Source: a virus (lineage: Duplodnaviria; Caudoviricetes). From it: 29,001 bases of DNA. A program made the position numbers and the translations under genes. The notes below the pieces were generated by a model. That model was not told the DNA's origin. It saw only the letters and a program-made list of their open reading frames with translations, and did no database searches. Shown here piece after piece: positions 1 to 9,100 of this stretch. Each line of letters opens with the position of its first letter. The first letter of the stretch is position 1. The stretch is from positions 1 through 29,001 of the IMG/VR virus record IMGVR_UViG_3300032299_000826, one strand, 5' to 3'.

Positions 1-291
1 GTCCAAGTGGTCAATAGGAAGGTAAGCACAGTTGTAGATTCTGTTTGGAGAAATCTCAATTGGTTTACCACCAAATTGCATTGACCTCATTGAAGGTAAT
101 ACTTTTTTATTATACACATACTTATACACTTCCACAATTTCACTTGCGATTAAAGGGTATTTCTTAATGTGCATATTCATGTTTCTTGTTACTAGCTCTT
201 CCCAAGTTTCTCTTCTTTCCAACTCAGGAATAAATTTTGAATACTTCATGTGAACCGTTAGGTCCGACAAAATCTTTTGTGATGCGTCCAT
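1..291 (-). CDS. nrdJ: Class II (adenosylcobalamin-dependent) ribonucleotide reductase, N-terminal part (runs off window start; absent from ORF track)
   Basis: Manual translation from ATG at 291: MDASQKILSDLTVHMKYSKFIPELERRETWEELVTRN...KKVLPSMRSMQFGG...NRIYNCAYLPIDHLD. KY-x(n)-RRETW, LPSMRS and YNCAY are typical of monomeric RTPR/NrdJ. Confidence 0.85.
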   Translation of the reverse strand, partial: MDASQKILSDLTVHMKYSKFIPELERRETWEELVTRNMNMHIKKYPLIASEIVEVYKYVYNKKVLPSMRSMQFGGKPIEISPNRIYNCAYLPIDHLD

Positions 292-317
292 TTTATTTAA
301 AATACAATTTTTTTTTA

Positions 318-1706
318 TTAATTAAAGTTATTTGGTTGTTGTACTCGTTCTTTTCTTTTTTCCATAAGTTCTTTGATTCTATCTCTGTTCTTTTCTTCTT
401 TCTTTTCTTCAAATCCTAAGAAGGTAACAGAACTTTCAGTATCAATCTCCAACAATTCGTTGTTGAACTTACAGTTTTCAAAGATAACCCCATCTTTACC
501 CACACGAGACTTGGTAATTGCGATGGTTGCTAAATTCATTTCTTTTTGTTGTAAAGTTTTTGCCACGGAAATAATAACGTGTCCAACTTGTGCTTTTTTA
601 ATAGAACCACCCATTTGGTCGGTGGTAACAACCTCAGAAGATATAGAGCTTCTGTTACCCTGTGTTGCGGTCCATCCTACTACGTTAAGTTCATGACACA
701 TAGATTCGTAACCTCTCATAACGGAACCCTCACTTTTCCATTCATCACCCATATTTTTGTCAGGTACAATACAATCAATATAATCTAAAACAATCATATC
801 AATCTTATGTCCGTCAGCAACCATCTTTCTAATCATGTTCTTAATTTGAGTCATTGTAAATTGGTCTGAAGGTAATTTTTTCAAGAACAATTTGTTGGTC
901 ATTTCTTCCTTGACCTGACGTGCTTTTTCAAGAACTTCTTCACGGTGTAATGGTAGGTCATCAGGTGGTATACCTGTCCACATTGTGAAGTGTTTACGTT
1001 GGATTACTTTAGGGTTGTCCTCAAAGAATAACTGAAGAACATTGTAACCGTTATTAAACGCTGAGTTAGCAATTTTTGAAAGGACTGTAGTTTTTCCTAC
1101 ACCAGTTGGTGCTAAGATTACACCCAATTCACCTTTTGCTAATCCACCTTTTAATAACTTGTCAATACCTGTTATTCCCATTGGAATTGGGTGACGGAAA
1201 TCTTCATTCAAAACATCTTCCAAGTTTTGGAAAACATCTTCAATCTTATTTCCACTTTCACCTACTTGGAGAGCACTTCTTACTAGTTCTTCAAGTTTGT
1301 CATAGTTTTCAAATTCTCCACTATCAAGTATTTTTTGTGATTTGGTAATTGCCTTTTGAAGTTCTTGTTGTTTACAAAACTTCAATGATTTTTCTTGTAC
1401 AAACGATGCACCTTCTATAGACGCTGTTTGTATCTGTTTGATAGTGTCGTTTAGAATTTTCAACATCAACTCTTGTGGGAACTCACTTTTCACCATTTGT
1501 GAAAGTGTTTCGTATGAAGGAGTACAATCATATTTTATATAGTACTCCTTCACCAATTGGAGAAGTGTTTTGAAATATTTATTTTCAAAGTGTGAGGGTT
1601 CAATTACATCAATGATAGAATGTGAGAAGTCCTTATCTAAGATAATCTGATTTAATAATTGTAGTTGAAATGTGTTACCTAGATACTCAAAATTCTTATT
1701 TGACAT
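318..1706 (-). CDS. DnaB/gp41-like replicative helicase
   Basis: Walker A APTGVGKTT, Walker B IVLDYID, WTATQGNR and KSRVG SF4 motifs. Confidence 0.93.
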   Translation of the reverse strand: MSNKNFEYLGNTFQLQLLNQIILDKDFSHSIIDVIEPSHFENKYFKTLLQLVKEYYIKYDCTPSYETLSQMVKSEFPQELMLKILNDTIKQIQTASIEGASFVQEKSLKFCKQQELQKAITKSQKILDSGEFENYDKLEELVRSALQVGESGNKIEDVFQNLEDVLNEDFRHPIPMGITGIDKLLKGGLAKGELGVILAPTGVGKTTVLSKIANSAFNNGYNVLQLFFEDNPKVIQRKHFTMWTGIPPDDLPLHREEVLEKARQVKEEMTNKLFLKKLPSDQFTMTQIKNMIRKMVADGHKIDMIVLDYIDCIVPDKNMGDEWKSEGSVMRGYESMCHELNVVGWTATQGNRSSISSEVVTTDQMGGSIKKAQVGHVIISVAKTLQQKEMNLATIAITKSRVGKDGVIFENCKFNNELLEIDTESSVTFLGFEEKKEEKNRDRIKELMEKRKERVQQPNNFN

Positions 1707-1731
1707 AATTAAAATTCCCTTGTTAGTTTTG

Positions 1732-1738
1732 ATAAATA
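1732..1738 (-). promoter_or_regulatory. TATTTAT upstream motif (putative phage promoter) before helicase
   Basis: ATAAATA on + strand, 25 nt upstream of the ATG. The same motif precedes several other genes. Confidence 0.5.
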
Positions 1739-1741
1739 CTA

Positions 1742-2191
1742 TTAGTTTAAGTCATAAGACATGTAACTTGTAACAAAATTTTCGTCTGAAAAAATGTCAG
1801 TTAAGTCTCTTAATACACTTTTTACTTGCTGGCGTATATCTACGGTGTATCTTATTTTAGGTGGGAACAATTTTGCATCTAAAATTCTATGACAAATTGT
1901 CTGTTCTCCTACCTTTATTAAAAAGTTAAATGTTTCTGAACCATCGGTATTTGAGGTTTGAAGGATACTTGGGTTATCAAAAATTTCGTCTTTGTTCTCC
2001 AAAAGGTATACTACCGAACGCATTTTTTGGTCGTACTCAAACTCTTCTACAAAGTCTCTTAAATACTGATACAATTCTATAGAACTGCGAGCTTGTGGAT
2101 TGTAATCTCTTACGTTAAAGTACCGTTGGATTACGATGTTGTTGTTCAAGGTAATCAAGAACTCCATTTTAATTAAATCTGTTTCTTTCAT
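1742..2191 (-). CDS. Hypothetical protein (149 aa) in replication module
   Basis: Fills the gap between exonuclease and helicase, same strand, A-rich start context. No recognisable motif. Confidence 0.8.
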   Translation of the reverse strand: MKETDLIKMEFLITLNNNIVIQRYFNVRDYNPQARSSIELYQYLRDFVEEFEYDQKMRSVVYLLENKDEIFDNPSILQTSNTDGSETFNFLIKVGEQTICHRILDAKLFPPKIRYTVDIRQQVKSVLRDLTDIFSDENFVTSYMSYDLN

Positions 2192-2195
2192 TATT

Positions 2196-3206
2196 TTATT
2201 TTTCTATATGTTGTTTGTGTTGTCTTTTTTCTTTTCTTGTCAATTTCATCAAAGGTCGTATAAATTTAATAAATTCATCATCACTCTTACCAAGATATTT
2301 GAAGAATCCATCTTCTGTCATCATACGAATTAGATTTTTATAACCCCTACCTTCAGGGTCTAAAGTGTCGGCATAATATTGTTCAACAAGTATCCTACCT
2401 TCGTCAGAAATGAGTGGATTTTGTAAGTCCACGATTTTTTTGTTTGTTTGGTAGAATGATTCTCCAAATTCTCCGTCTTTTGTTTTTCCACTTACAATAT
2501 TTTTTAAAGTTGTGTTTTTTTTGTCTTGTTCTAAAAGTTCTTGTGCCTTTGTTAAAATATGGTTATAATCTACCATAGAATCAAGCATCTCAGGAAAGTA
2601 TTTAATAATAGTCTTTTCACCCAACCTTAATATACCACAAATATTATCTGATTTATCACCCGTTAATATCTTAAGAGTCAATACGTTATAGTGGGGGAAT
2701 TCACACTCACCAAATTTAACTTTATCGCCAAGTTTGAATGTAATTTTAGAAATTGGTGAATAGATTGATGTATGTTCATCAATTAATTGGAAGTAATCTT
2801 TATCTGCTGATAATATTGTTTTTGATTCTTCGTTAGCAATCTGACAATAGTAGGCAATTAAATCATCCGCCTCACATTCAGTCGCTCTTACCTGACGAAC
2901 GAAACATTCTTCAAGGTATTCTTTTACTCTTTCTTTTTGAATGTGGTATGACTCAAGTTTAAACTCGTTCATACTCTGTCTACGGTTTAACTTGTAGTTA
3001 GGATATAGTTTACGTCTAACGGCTGAGTTGTCGTCACCGTCCCAAAAGACAATAATTTTGTCGTAGTTGTGTACATCAATTTGTTTTCTGAGGGTATTGA
3101 TAAAATGAAAGACACCCCCGATATGGTTTCCTTCCACGAAGAGGTCTCTGACCCCATGAAATCCGATTTTGAATAGGTTATCACCATCTACTAAGAGTGT
3201 CTTCAC
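2196..3206 (-). CDS. 5'-3' exonuclease / flap endonuclease (T4 RNase H, Pol I N-terminal family)
   Basis: LLVDGDN, VFWDG, YPNYKLNR, EADDLIA, SADKDYFQL and GDKSDNI motifs. GTG start. Confidence 0.93.
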   Translation of the reverse strand: MKTLLVDGDNLFKIGFHGVRDLFVEGNHIGGVFHFINTLRKQIDVHNYDKIIVFWDGDDNSAVRRKLYPNYKLNRRQSMNEFKLESYHIQKERVKEYLEECFVRQVRATECEADDLIAYYCQIANEESKTILSADKDYFQLIDEHTSIYSPISKITFKLGDKVKFGECEFPHYNVLTLKILTGDKSDNICGILRLGEKTIIKYFPEMLDSMVDYNHILTKAQELLEQDKKNTTLKNIVSGKTKDGEFGESFYQTNKKIVDLQNPLISDEGRILVEQYYADTLDPEGRGYKNLIRMMTEDGFFKYLGKSDDEFIKFIRPLMKLTRKEKRQHKQHIEK

Positions 3207-3216
3207 AATTTATTGT

Positions 3217-4227
3217 TTATACTGTTTCACTTTCTTTTTCCTCAAACAAGCTGAAATCCCCATCAGCCCCAATAATCTCTTTCCAATACTCAGCGTTTTC
3301 TTTCTTGTACTGTTCAATAGATACTTTCTCTTCAGCTGCGTCTTTTCCTGCCAAGAATCCGTGTGGTGTTACGATGATTTTTCCATCTTCATATCCCAAA
3401 CCATTGATGTGGTTTTTCATAACAGAAACTTTTGTACGGATTGCAAACTTAACAGTTCTTTTATCTTTTGTTGCTGAAATTTTGTTTGTTCCCGCACCTT
3501 TTTGATTACCGAACAAGAATACCAAAGATGAGTTTAACCAAATTGCTTCACCACCCTTCGCCTTAATCTTTGGTTGTCCAAATGGATTGTCTGGAAGTTC
3601 AACCCAAGGTTGGTTAACAATAACCAAACTGTTTTCGTATTTTGAATCAGATTTACGAGAACCTGAAATACGTTGGTTGATACCCATTCCAATCTTGTCT
3701 GCAAGAACCGCTGCGTTGTGTTGTTTACCACCTTTACCATCAAAAGTCATCTTGCAAGGAACTGAACCTACTGAATCCCAAAGGAACAATAAATCATATT
3801 CTAATTCACCTTTTTCTTGAGCGTCTAACAAATTATTAATATAATCTGTGATTTGTTCAATGTAAGAGAAGTTGTTATTGAAGATAAAGAATCCATCCCA
3901 ATCTAACTCTCCTGTTTCGGGGTCAACAACTTCTTCACAATCAAAACCCATAAGTCTTGCGTGTTCAAAACTCCACTTCTGTTCGGTGATAATGAACACA
4001 GGAAGAATATTCTGTTTCTGAGCTGATACTGCGGCCTTTACAAGACCTGTTGTCTTACCTGTATCAGAGTGACCCAAGAACATATTTAAGTGTCCTATGG
4101 CGGGTCCTGGTAGTCCTACAGCATCCAAGAAATCTTTACCCAAGTCAAAGTATCTTTGTGGTTTATACTTCGCCGAAGTTGAGAATTTCTTCTTTACTGA
4201 ATTAAAATCGTTTTTCTTGATTGCCAT
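3217..4227 (-). CDS. RecA/UvsX-like recombinase
   Basis: Walker A GHSDTGKTT, Walker B LFLWDSVGS, IVNQ, KGGEAI and KNH motifs of the RecA fold. Confidence 0.88.
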   Translation of the reverse strand: MAIKKNDFNSVKKKFSTSAKYKPQRYFDLGKDFLDAVGLPGPAIGHLNMFLGHSDTGKTTGLVKAAVSAQKQNILPVFIITEQKWSFEHARLMGFDCEEVVDPETGELDWDGFFIFNNNFSYIEQITDYINNLLDAQEKGELEYDLLFLWDSVGSVPCKMTFDGKGGKQHNAAVLADKIGMGINQRISGSRKSDSKYENSLVIVNQPWVELPDNPFGQPKIKAKGGEAIWLNSSLVFLFGNQKGAGTNKISATKDKRTVKFAIRTKVSVMKNHINGLGYEDGKIIVTPHGFLAGKDAAEEKVSIEQYKKENAEYWKEIIGADGDFSLFEEKESETV

Positions 4228-4242
4228 GTGTGTTATAAATTA

Positions 4243-4278
4243 ATCATGTATGGTACCATACAAGATACCATACATGAT
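4243..4278. repeat. Nested inverted repeat between SSB and recombinase genes
   Basis: ATCATGTATGGTA (4243-4255) and TACCATACATGAT (4266-4278) form a perfect 13-bp IR. An internal 16-bp palindrome TGTATGGTACCATACA spans 4247-4262. Confidence 0.85.
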
Positions 4279-4289
4279 GTTTTGTTTTA

Positions 4290-5138
4290 TTAGAACGGTA
4301 AGTCCTCAGCAGGTTCGTCAAATAATTGTGGGTCTGCAGGAGCCATAGGTGTTGATTTAGAACCACCCATCATCATATCTCCTGAATCACTATACAAGTA
4401 TTTACCTGTTTCATTATCCCAACGAGGTTCTTCACCACGAGAGATTGCCTCCAAATATTCTACAGGTTTCTTAGAGTAAACATCATTCCATGTCAACTCA
4501 TCCGTCAACCACTCTTCCATAACCTTAGCTGTCTCGTGAAGAGGTGCTGGGTCATCATGCATAATAGTTTGGATTGTAGTATAATCTTTTCCACCAGGAG
4601 TTTTAGATTTAACCAACTGTACAATAAGGTCTCTACCTTTTTGTGAATCAGTTACATCACCTTTCTGTCTCCAAATTGGTATAATTTTGTCAAGAATACC
4701 GTCATTCTTATAATTGTGTTTGAAACGCCAAAACTTTACACCTTCGTCTTCAGCATCACGGTCAATAACCTTTACGATGTAAAATTTACGAGATTTGTAT
4801 TGTTTTGCCAATTCTTTGTCTGACTCTTTGCCGGTAGACATCAACTCATCGTGAACCTCATTCAAAGGTGAACGCTCATTGTCATTTTTACCTGGGTCAT
4901 AGAATTTTTGCCATTTACCACCTACTTGTAATTCATGGTACCAAACCTCTTTGAAAGGTGAAGAACCATCGTGTGTAGGAAGGATACGTACTCTACGTTG
5001 TCCTTGTGATTGTCCTTGTGGTAGAATACAAGCAAAATACTTTTTCATTCTTTCCTCTTGGGACATTCGGTTAGAGTCTCCGAAAGACTGTGTGTTTTTT
5101 TCGTACTGTGAAAGTACTGCGTCAAGTGAACTCATCAT
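4290..5138 (-). CDS. gp32-like single-stranded DNA-binding protein
   Basis: VRILP...PFKEVWYH, FYIVKVIDR...GVKFWRF, D...GRDL, acidic tail ending EDLPF. Adjacent to recombinase. Confidence 0.85.
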   Translation of the reverse strand: MMSSLDAVLSQYEKNTQSFGDSNRMSQEERMKKYFACILPQGQSQGQRRVRILPTHDGSSPFKEVWYHELQVGGKWQKFYDPGKNDNERSPLNEVHDELMSTGKESDKELAKQYKSRKFYIVKVIDRDAEDEGVKFWRFKHNYKNDGILDKIIPIWRQKGDVTDSQKGRDLIVQLVKSKTPGGKDYTTIQTIMHDDPAPLHETAKVMEEWLTDELTWNDVYSKKPVEYLEAISRGEEPRWDNETGKYLYSDSGDMMMGGSKSTPMAPADPQLFDEPAEDLPF

Positions 5139-5170
5139 GTTTTTTGTTTAATTAGATTGTTTGTTTATAA

Positions 5171-5199
5171 ATTATAGTTGTTATTTTTCTGTTCGTCAA
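5171..5199 (-). promoter_or_regulatory. Sigma70-consensus promoter for the SSB/replication operon
   Basis: Minus strand TTGACG (5199-5194), 17-nt spacer, TATAAT (5176-5171). It lies just downstream of a terminator and 32 nt upstream of the SSB ATG. Confidence 0.75.
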
Positions 5200-5214
5200 A
5201 TTATTTCACCAAAT

Positions 5215-5239
5215 AAAAAAGGGTCACAACGTGACCCTT
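5215..5239 (-). terminator. Rho-independent terminator ending the tail module
   Basis: Minus strand AAGGGTCAC-GTT-GTGACCC followed by TTTTTT, 26 nt after the stop of the 226-aa gene. Confidence 0.85.
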
Positions 5240-5265
5240 GTAATATAATAAAAAATTGTTAAAAA

Positions 5266-5946
5266 TCAATTCATTCTAAATGAAGTTCCAGTGGGCTCAG
5301 CACCATATTCATCAAATGATTTTTTAATATCTGAAGGTACAATGTTTTCAACATCATCTGATGTTAACACATATTCATTCTTACCTGTCTTTTCTAAGTC
5401 TTCTTGTTTGTCATCAAAAAAACTTGAAAGTTTTTGATTGAATGGTCCACTATCTAAACTCCTTAGTTCCAATTTTTCTTGAGGTGTTTTTGGTCTGTAT
5501 TGTTCAATCTTTTCTTCCATGCTGTTTAATTTGTTGAATACGTCATCCATAGCATTTAACTTGGTTTGTAAACCCTCAATTTGTTTGAACATCATGTCAA
5601 AATATTCTTGTTGTTTACTTTCAACATTTTTTTGTGAATTAACCAAATCTGTAATATCCAATTCTTCACTACCAGAATCATCATCTGACTCTTCGCTTTG
5701 TCCGACATTATCAATTTTTTCAACTTCAGTGTCTGTTGCAGTATCAATAACTTCAGGTGATGTTGGTGCCGCAGTTAATGTTGGGTCTCCTTCAGGAGTC
5801 GCTGCAGCATCGGGTGCAGGTGCCGCTGTTGGGTCTGCCGGTGGAACATTTCCCAACGCATCTTGTTCCATTATGTATTTATTGATTGAGTTGTATCTCT
5901 TAATCTCTTGAATTATTTTAATGTCTATTCCCATTTTTTTAACCAT
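5266..5946 (-). CDS. Acidic, low-complexity/coiled-coil hypothetical protein (start may be ATG at 5934)
   Basis: Pro/Ala-rich and Asp/Glu-rich linker followed by a heptad-like segment. N-terminal IIQEIKR...IMEQ. Overlaps the upstream gene. Confidence 0.8.
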   Translation of the reverse strand: MVKKMGIDIKIIQEIKRYNSINKYIMEQDALGNVPPADPTAAPAPDAAATPEGDPTLTAAPTSPEVIDTATDTEVEKIDNVGQSEESDDDSGSEELDITDLVNSQKNVESKQQEYFDMMFKQIEGLQTKLNAMDDVFNKLNSMEEKIEQYRPKTPQEKLELRSLDSGPFNQKLSSFFDDKQEDLEKTGKNEYVLTSDDVENIVPSDIKKSFDEYGAEPTGTSFRMN

Positions 5947-6163
5947 TTAATAATTGTTTAAAACCTTGTGGTGTTTCAACTTGGACTTTTCTATTAGTTT
6001 TTAAAGTGTTGTCTACTCTTTCAATAAGACCATCTCTATCTCTAACAGTGTAACAGCTACCTGTGTCCAAATCACACACTTCGGTAAATCCATTTCCGGC
6101 ATTTTTTTCGGTATATCTTGTATTCTTACCAAGATAATTGTCTAAATGTTGTTTAATATTCAT
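5939..6163 (-). CDS. Small hypothetical protein (74 aa)
   Basis: Fills the gap, preceded by the TATTTAT motif, overlaps the downstream gene. Contains C-x6-C. Confidence 0.75.
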   Translation of the reverse strand: MNIKQHLDNYLGKNTRYTEKNAGNGFTEVCDLDTGSCYTVRDRDGLIERVDNTLKTNRKVQVETPQGFKQLLNG

Positions 6164-6177
6164 AACTATAGTTTCTA

Positions 6178-6185
6178 TATAAATA
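6178..6185 (-). promoter_or_regulatory. TATTTATA upstream motif
   Basis: TATAAATA on + strand in the 24-nt gap upstream of the 74-aa gene. Confidence 0.55.
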
Positions 6186-6187
6186 TC

Positions 6188-9100
6188 TTAAAAACTTACA
6201 AGATTAAATTTTATCATTAATTCTACAACTTCATAAGCCGCTTTTTTTAAATCAGGTAACACATTTGTATTTTTAGCGTAGAAGGTTTGTTCTTCTTGAA
6301 AAGAATTAAATCGTTTTGTTGGCCACCACCCAAGCCACGTTGACACCATACTTAATACATAATCATCTTTAGTCACCCATTTATTGGTTCCAATATTAAT
6401 TAAACTTTTTGACGCCCCAGCTTGTTTATTAAAATAATAATTTTCCATAAAATTTATAGAGTTTTCAAAACTCGTGAATACCGCAACTGGTTGTGTGGCA
6501 CCAGCTTTATTTGTTTTACAACCAAAGGTTTTTGTAAAAAATGTTTCTCTACCACCATAAGATATTTGAGGAGATGGTAGTCCACCTAATGGAGTACCTC
6601 CTAAGTCAAAATTAAATGAAATAAAATTATTATCATCGTGACCATTTAAATATGACGTATAGAATATCATTGCTCTAGTTGGTATAGAACTAACATTTTC
6701 TTTTAATAATGTTGCCATATCACCATACGATAATCTTTGAATTGTGCTTTCAACACCCGTATATTTTTGATATTTAACATTTGCGTCTTGAATGTCTTTA
6801 AGACACTCAACAGGTGCTGACACTGTAAATTTACCATTTGTTTGAACCGAATTACCAATTGTTATTACATTAACTGCCGGTTGTACGGTTGTTGTTGCCG
6901 TTTCTTTAAGTCTTCTAACTTCCTGAACTAGTTCCGCCAATAAACTAGTATTAAGTGTCATAATTTGTTGTTCAATTAAAGGTAATGAATATAAAGGCAT
7001 CCTAATACCAGTGAAAAATGTTCTAAATTGACCGGCATCTATTGAGTGTTCAACCGATTGAATCATATATGGACCTCTAAACATTGGTACATAACGTAAA
7101 TTGAAATACATTGTAGGTTGTATCATAGCATTACCCATAGATTCAACTCTACATTCATAACTTCTAGTTTTATACAAATTATATAAACTAACATTTTGAG
7201 TGTTTGACCTAGTACCACCCGCTTGGTTTGCGGCATCTGTAATAACTCTATTACCCTCAGTTGTTGCTGCCGCGGAATTTTGGTCTAATTGTATACTATA
7301 AAACATACTTTGATTTCGTGTTCCAAAATCAACATTAAACGCGACAACTCTATTTGATTGTGCCCAATCTTTTTTTCCTTGTAATTTATCAATTAATGGC
7401 ATTCTAGCTGGTGCAAAATCAAAAGCGTCCGTTTTCCACCTATACTCAGGATTTTCTCTCATATCCAAATGCTCACTTGGTTTTCCAGCATAATAACAAA
7501 CAAACTTTGGAGAAGCGTATCTATAATCAACATCTAAGAAAGTACCAAATAATGAATTTGCCATATCATTTGTTGGTTCGGCATTTGGTGTTTCACCTTG
7601 TTTTACATTACCAACACCCCAAAAATTAATGTATGCTGGCATAGGCATCATTTGAAATTGGTTATCAGCAATAATTCTACTTATAAAATCAATACATCTT
7701 GTATTTAAAGATGTTGTTCCTGAAAAGAAATCTTTTAATTTAAAAATGTCTACATAAACCGCATCACCAATATCTCTGTTGGCTCTATCTAAGAATAAAA
7801 CATCTTGGAATAATGTTCTATCTTTATATTCACCACCCGCAATCCATTTGTCATTAAACGCTTTAAAAGTTTCCCAAAATTCTATTTTTGTTTGTACACC
7901 ATCAACTGCAGATAAAATTGGTTTTTCATTTGTTTGTTCAACATTTGGTAATTCTTTTTGAAGTGTTGAAAACAATTGTGTTAGTGTATTATTTAAAAAT
8001 ATATTTTTGTTTTGGTAATATTCATTAATTGATGTTGTAAAATTACCTCTACTATATATTGTTGTTGATGATTCGTTTAGTAATTTTTGTGTACCAAATA
8101 TTTTAATTAATGGTGCGAAATTAACCACATTTGCCTGAGTGAATTCAACATTCATTGTTGGGAAGAAATCAGTATAATAACTACCATTATTTGAGTATAT
8201 CATACCTGATTGTGTTGCAAATCCAACATTAGTATACATAGCTTTCCAAGCGTCGGGATTTAAACTAACTGATTGTGATAAAGTTAAAGTTCCGGCATCA
8301 GTTGGTAATGTATTTTGAACATAAGGTTTGTAGGTATATGGGTCAACAACTTTGAATTCGGGTAACGTTGTAAATGAACCAAATAATTTTCTATCAAAAT
8401 TACTTGGATTGCCGTATTTGAATGCAATGTTATAATTCATAAATGAATTAATCGTTTCACTTATTTTGGTTCTTTGTAAATTATTACAAGTTGTAACATA
8501 ATTGTCATACGATTGGGTATTATCAACATATTGTATTGTTAACATTTCACCCATTATTGATTGGAAATTTCTATTAACAAATGTACTACCCGATATTTGT
8601 TCGGCAGATAAATCATTATATGACTTTGTAAAGTTTAAGAATTCATTTTCAAACGAATCTAAAATGTCTTTTTTAAATGTTCCAAATATATCTTCAATTT
8701 TTGTATATGTTTGTCCAAATTTAACAGCGTTTTGTTTTGAATCACCAGTAAAGATTTGTTTAAAGTATTCATTGTAATTTGGTTTAGTAATACTTTGTAA
8801 TTCAAAATAACCATAGTTTGGCGCTGTCCAAAATGTTCTTGCCGAACCATTGTAGACCGCAGAATTATTAAATACTTCCTGAGTTAAAGTTAATGTGTTA
8901 CCAGTCGTACTTTGTGTAAAACATTCAGAACTAATCTGATTATAGTTTGTTGAAAAACTTGGAATTAAAATGGTCTTTTGTTGTTGGTATGTTTTAAACT
9001 TAGTTGAGTTTTTTGTATCAAAAGAACTAAACCAAACATTCATATTTAAACTTCTATTTGGATTATTTGGGTCAAAACCATTTTGTAATGAAATTGCTGA

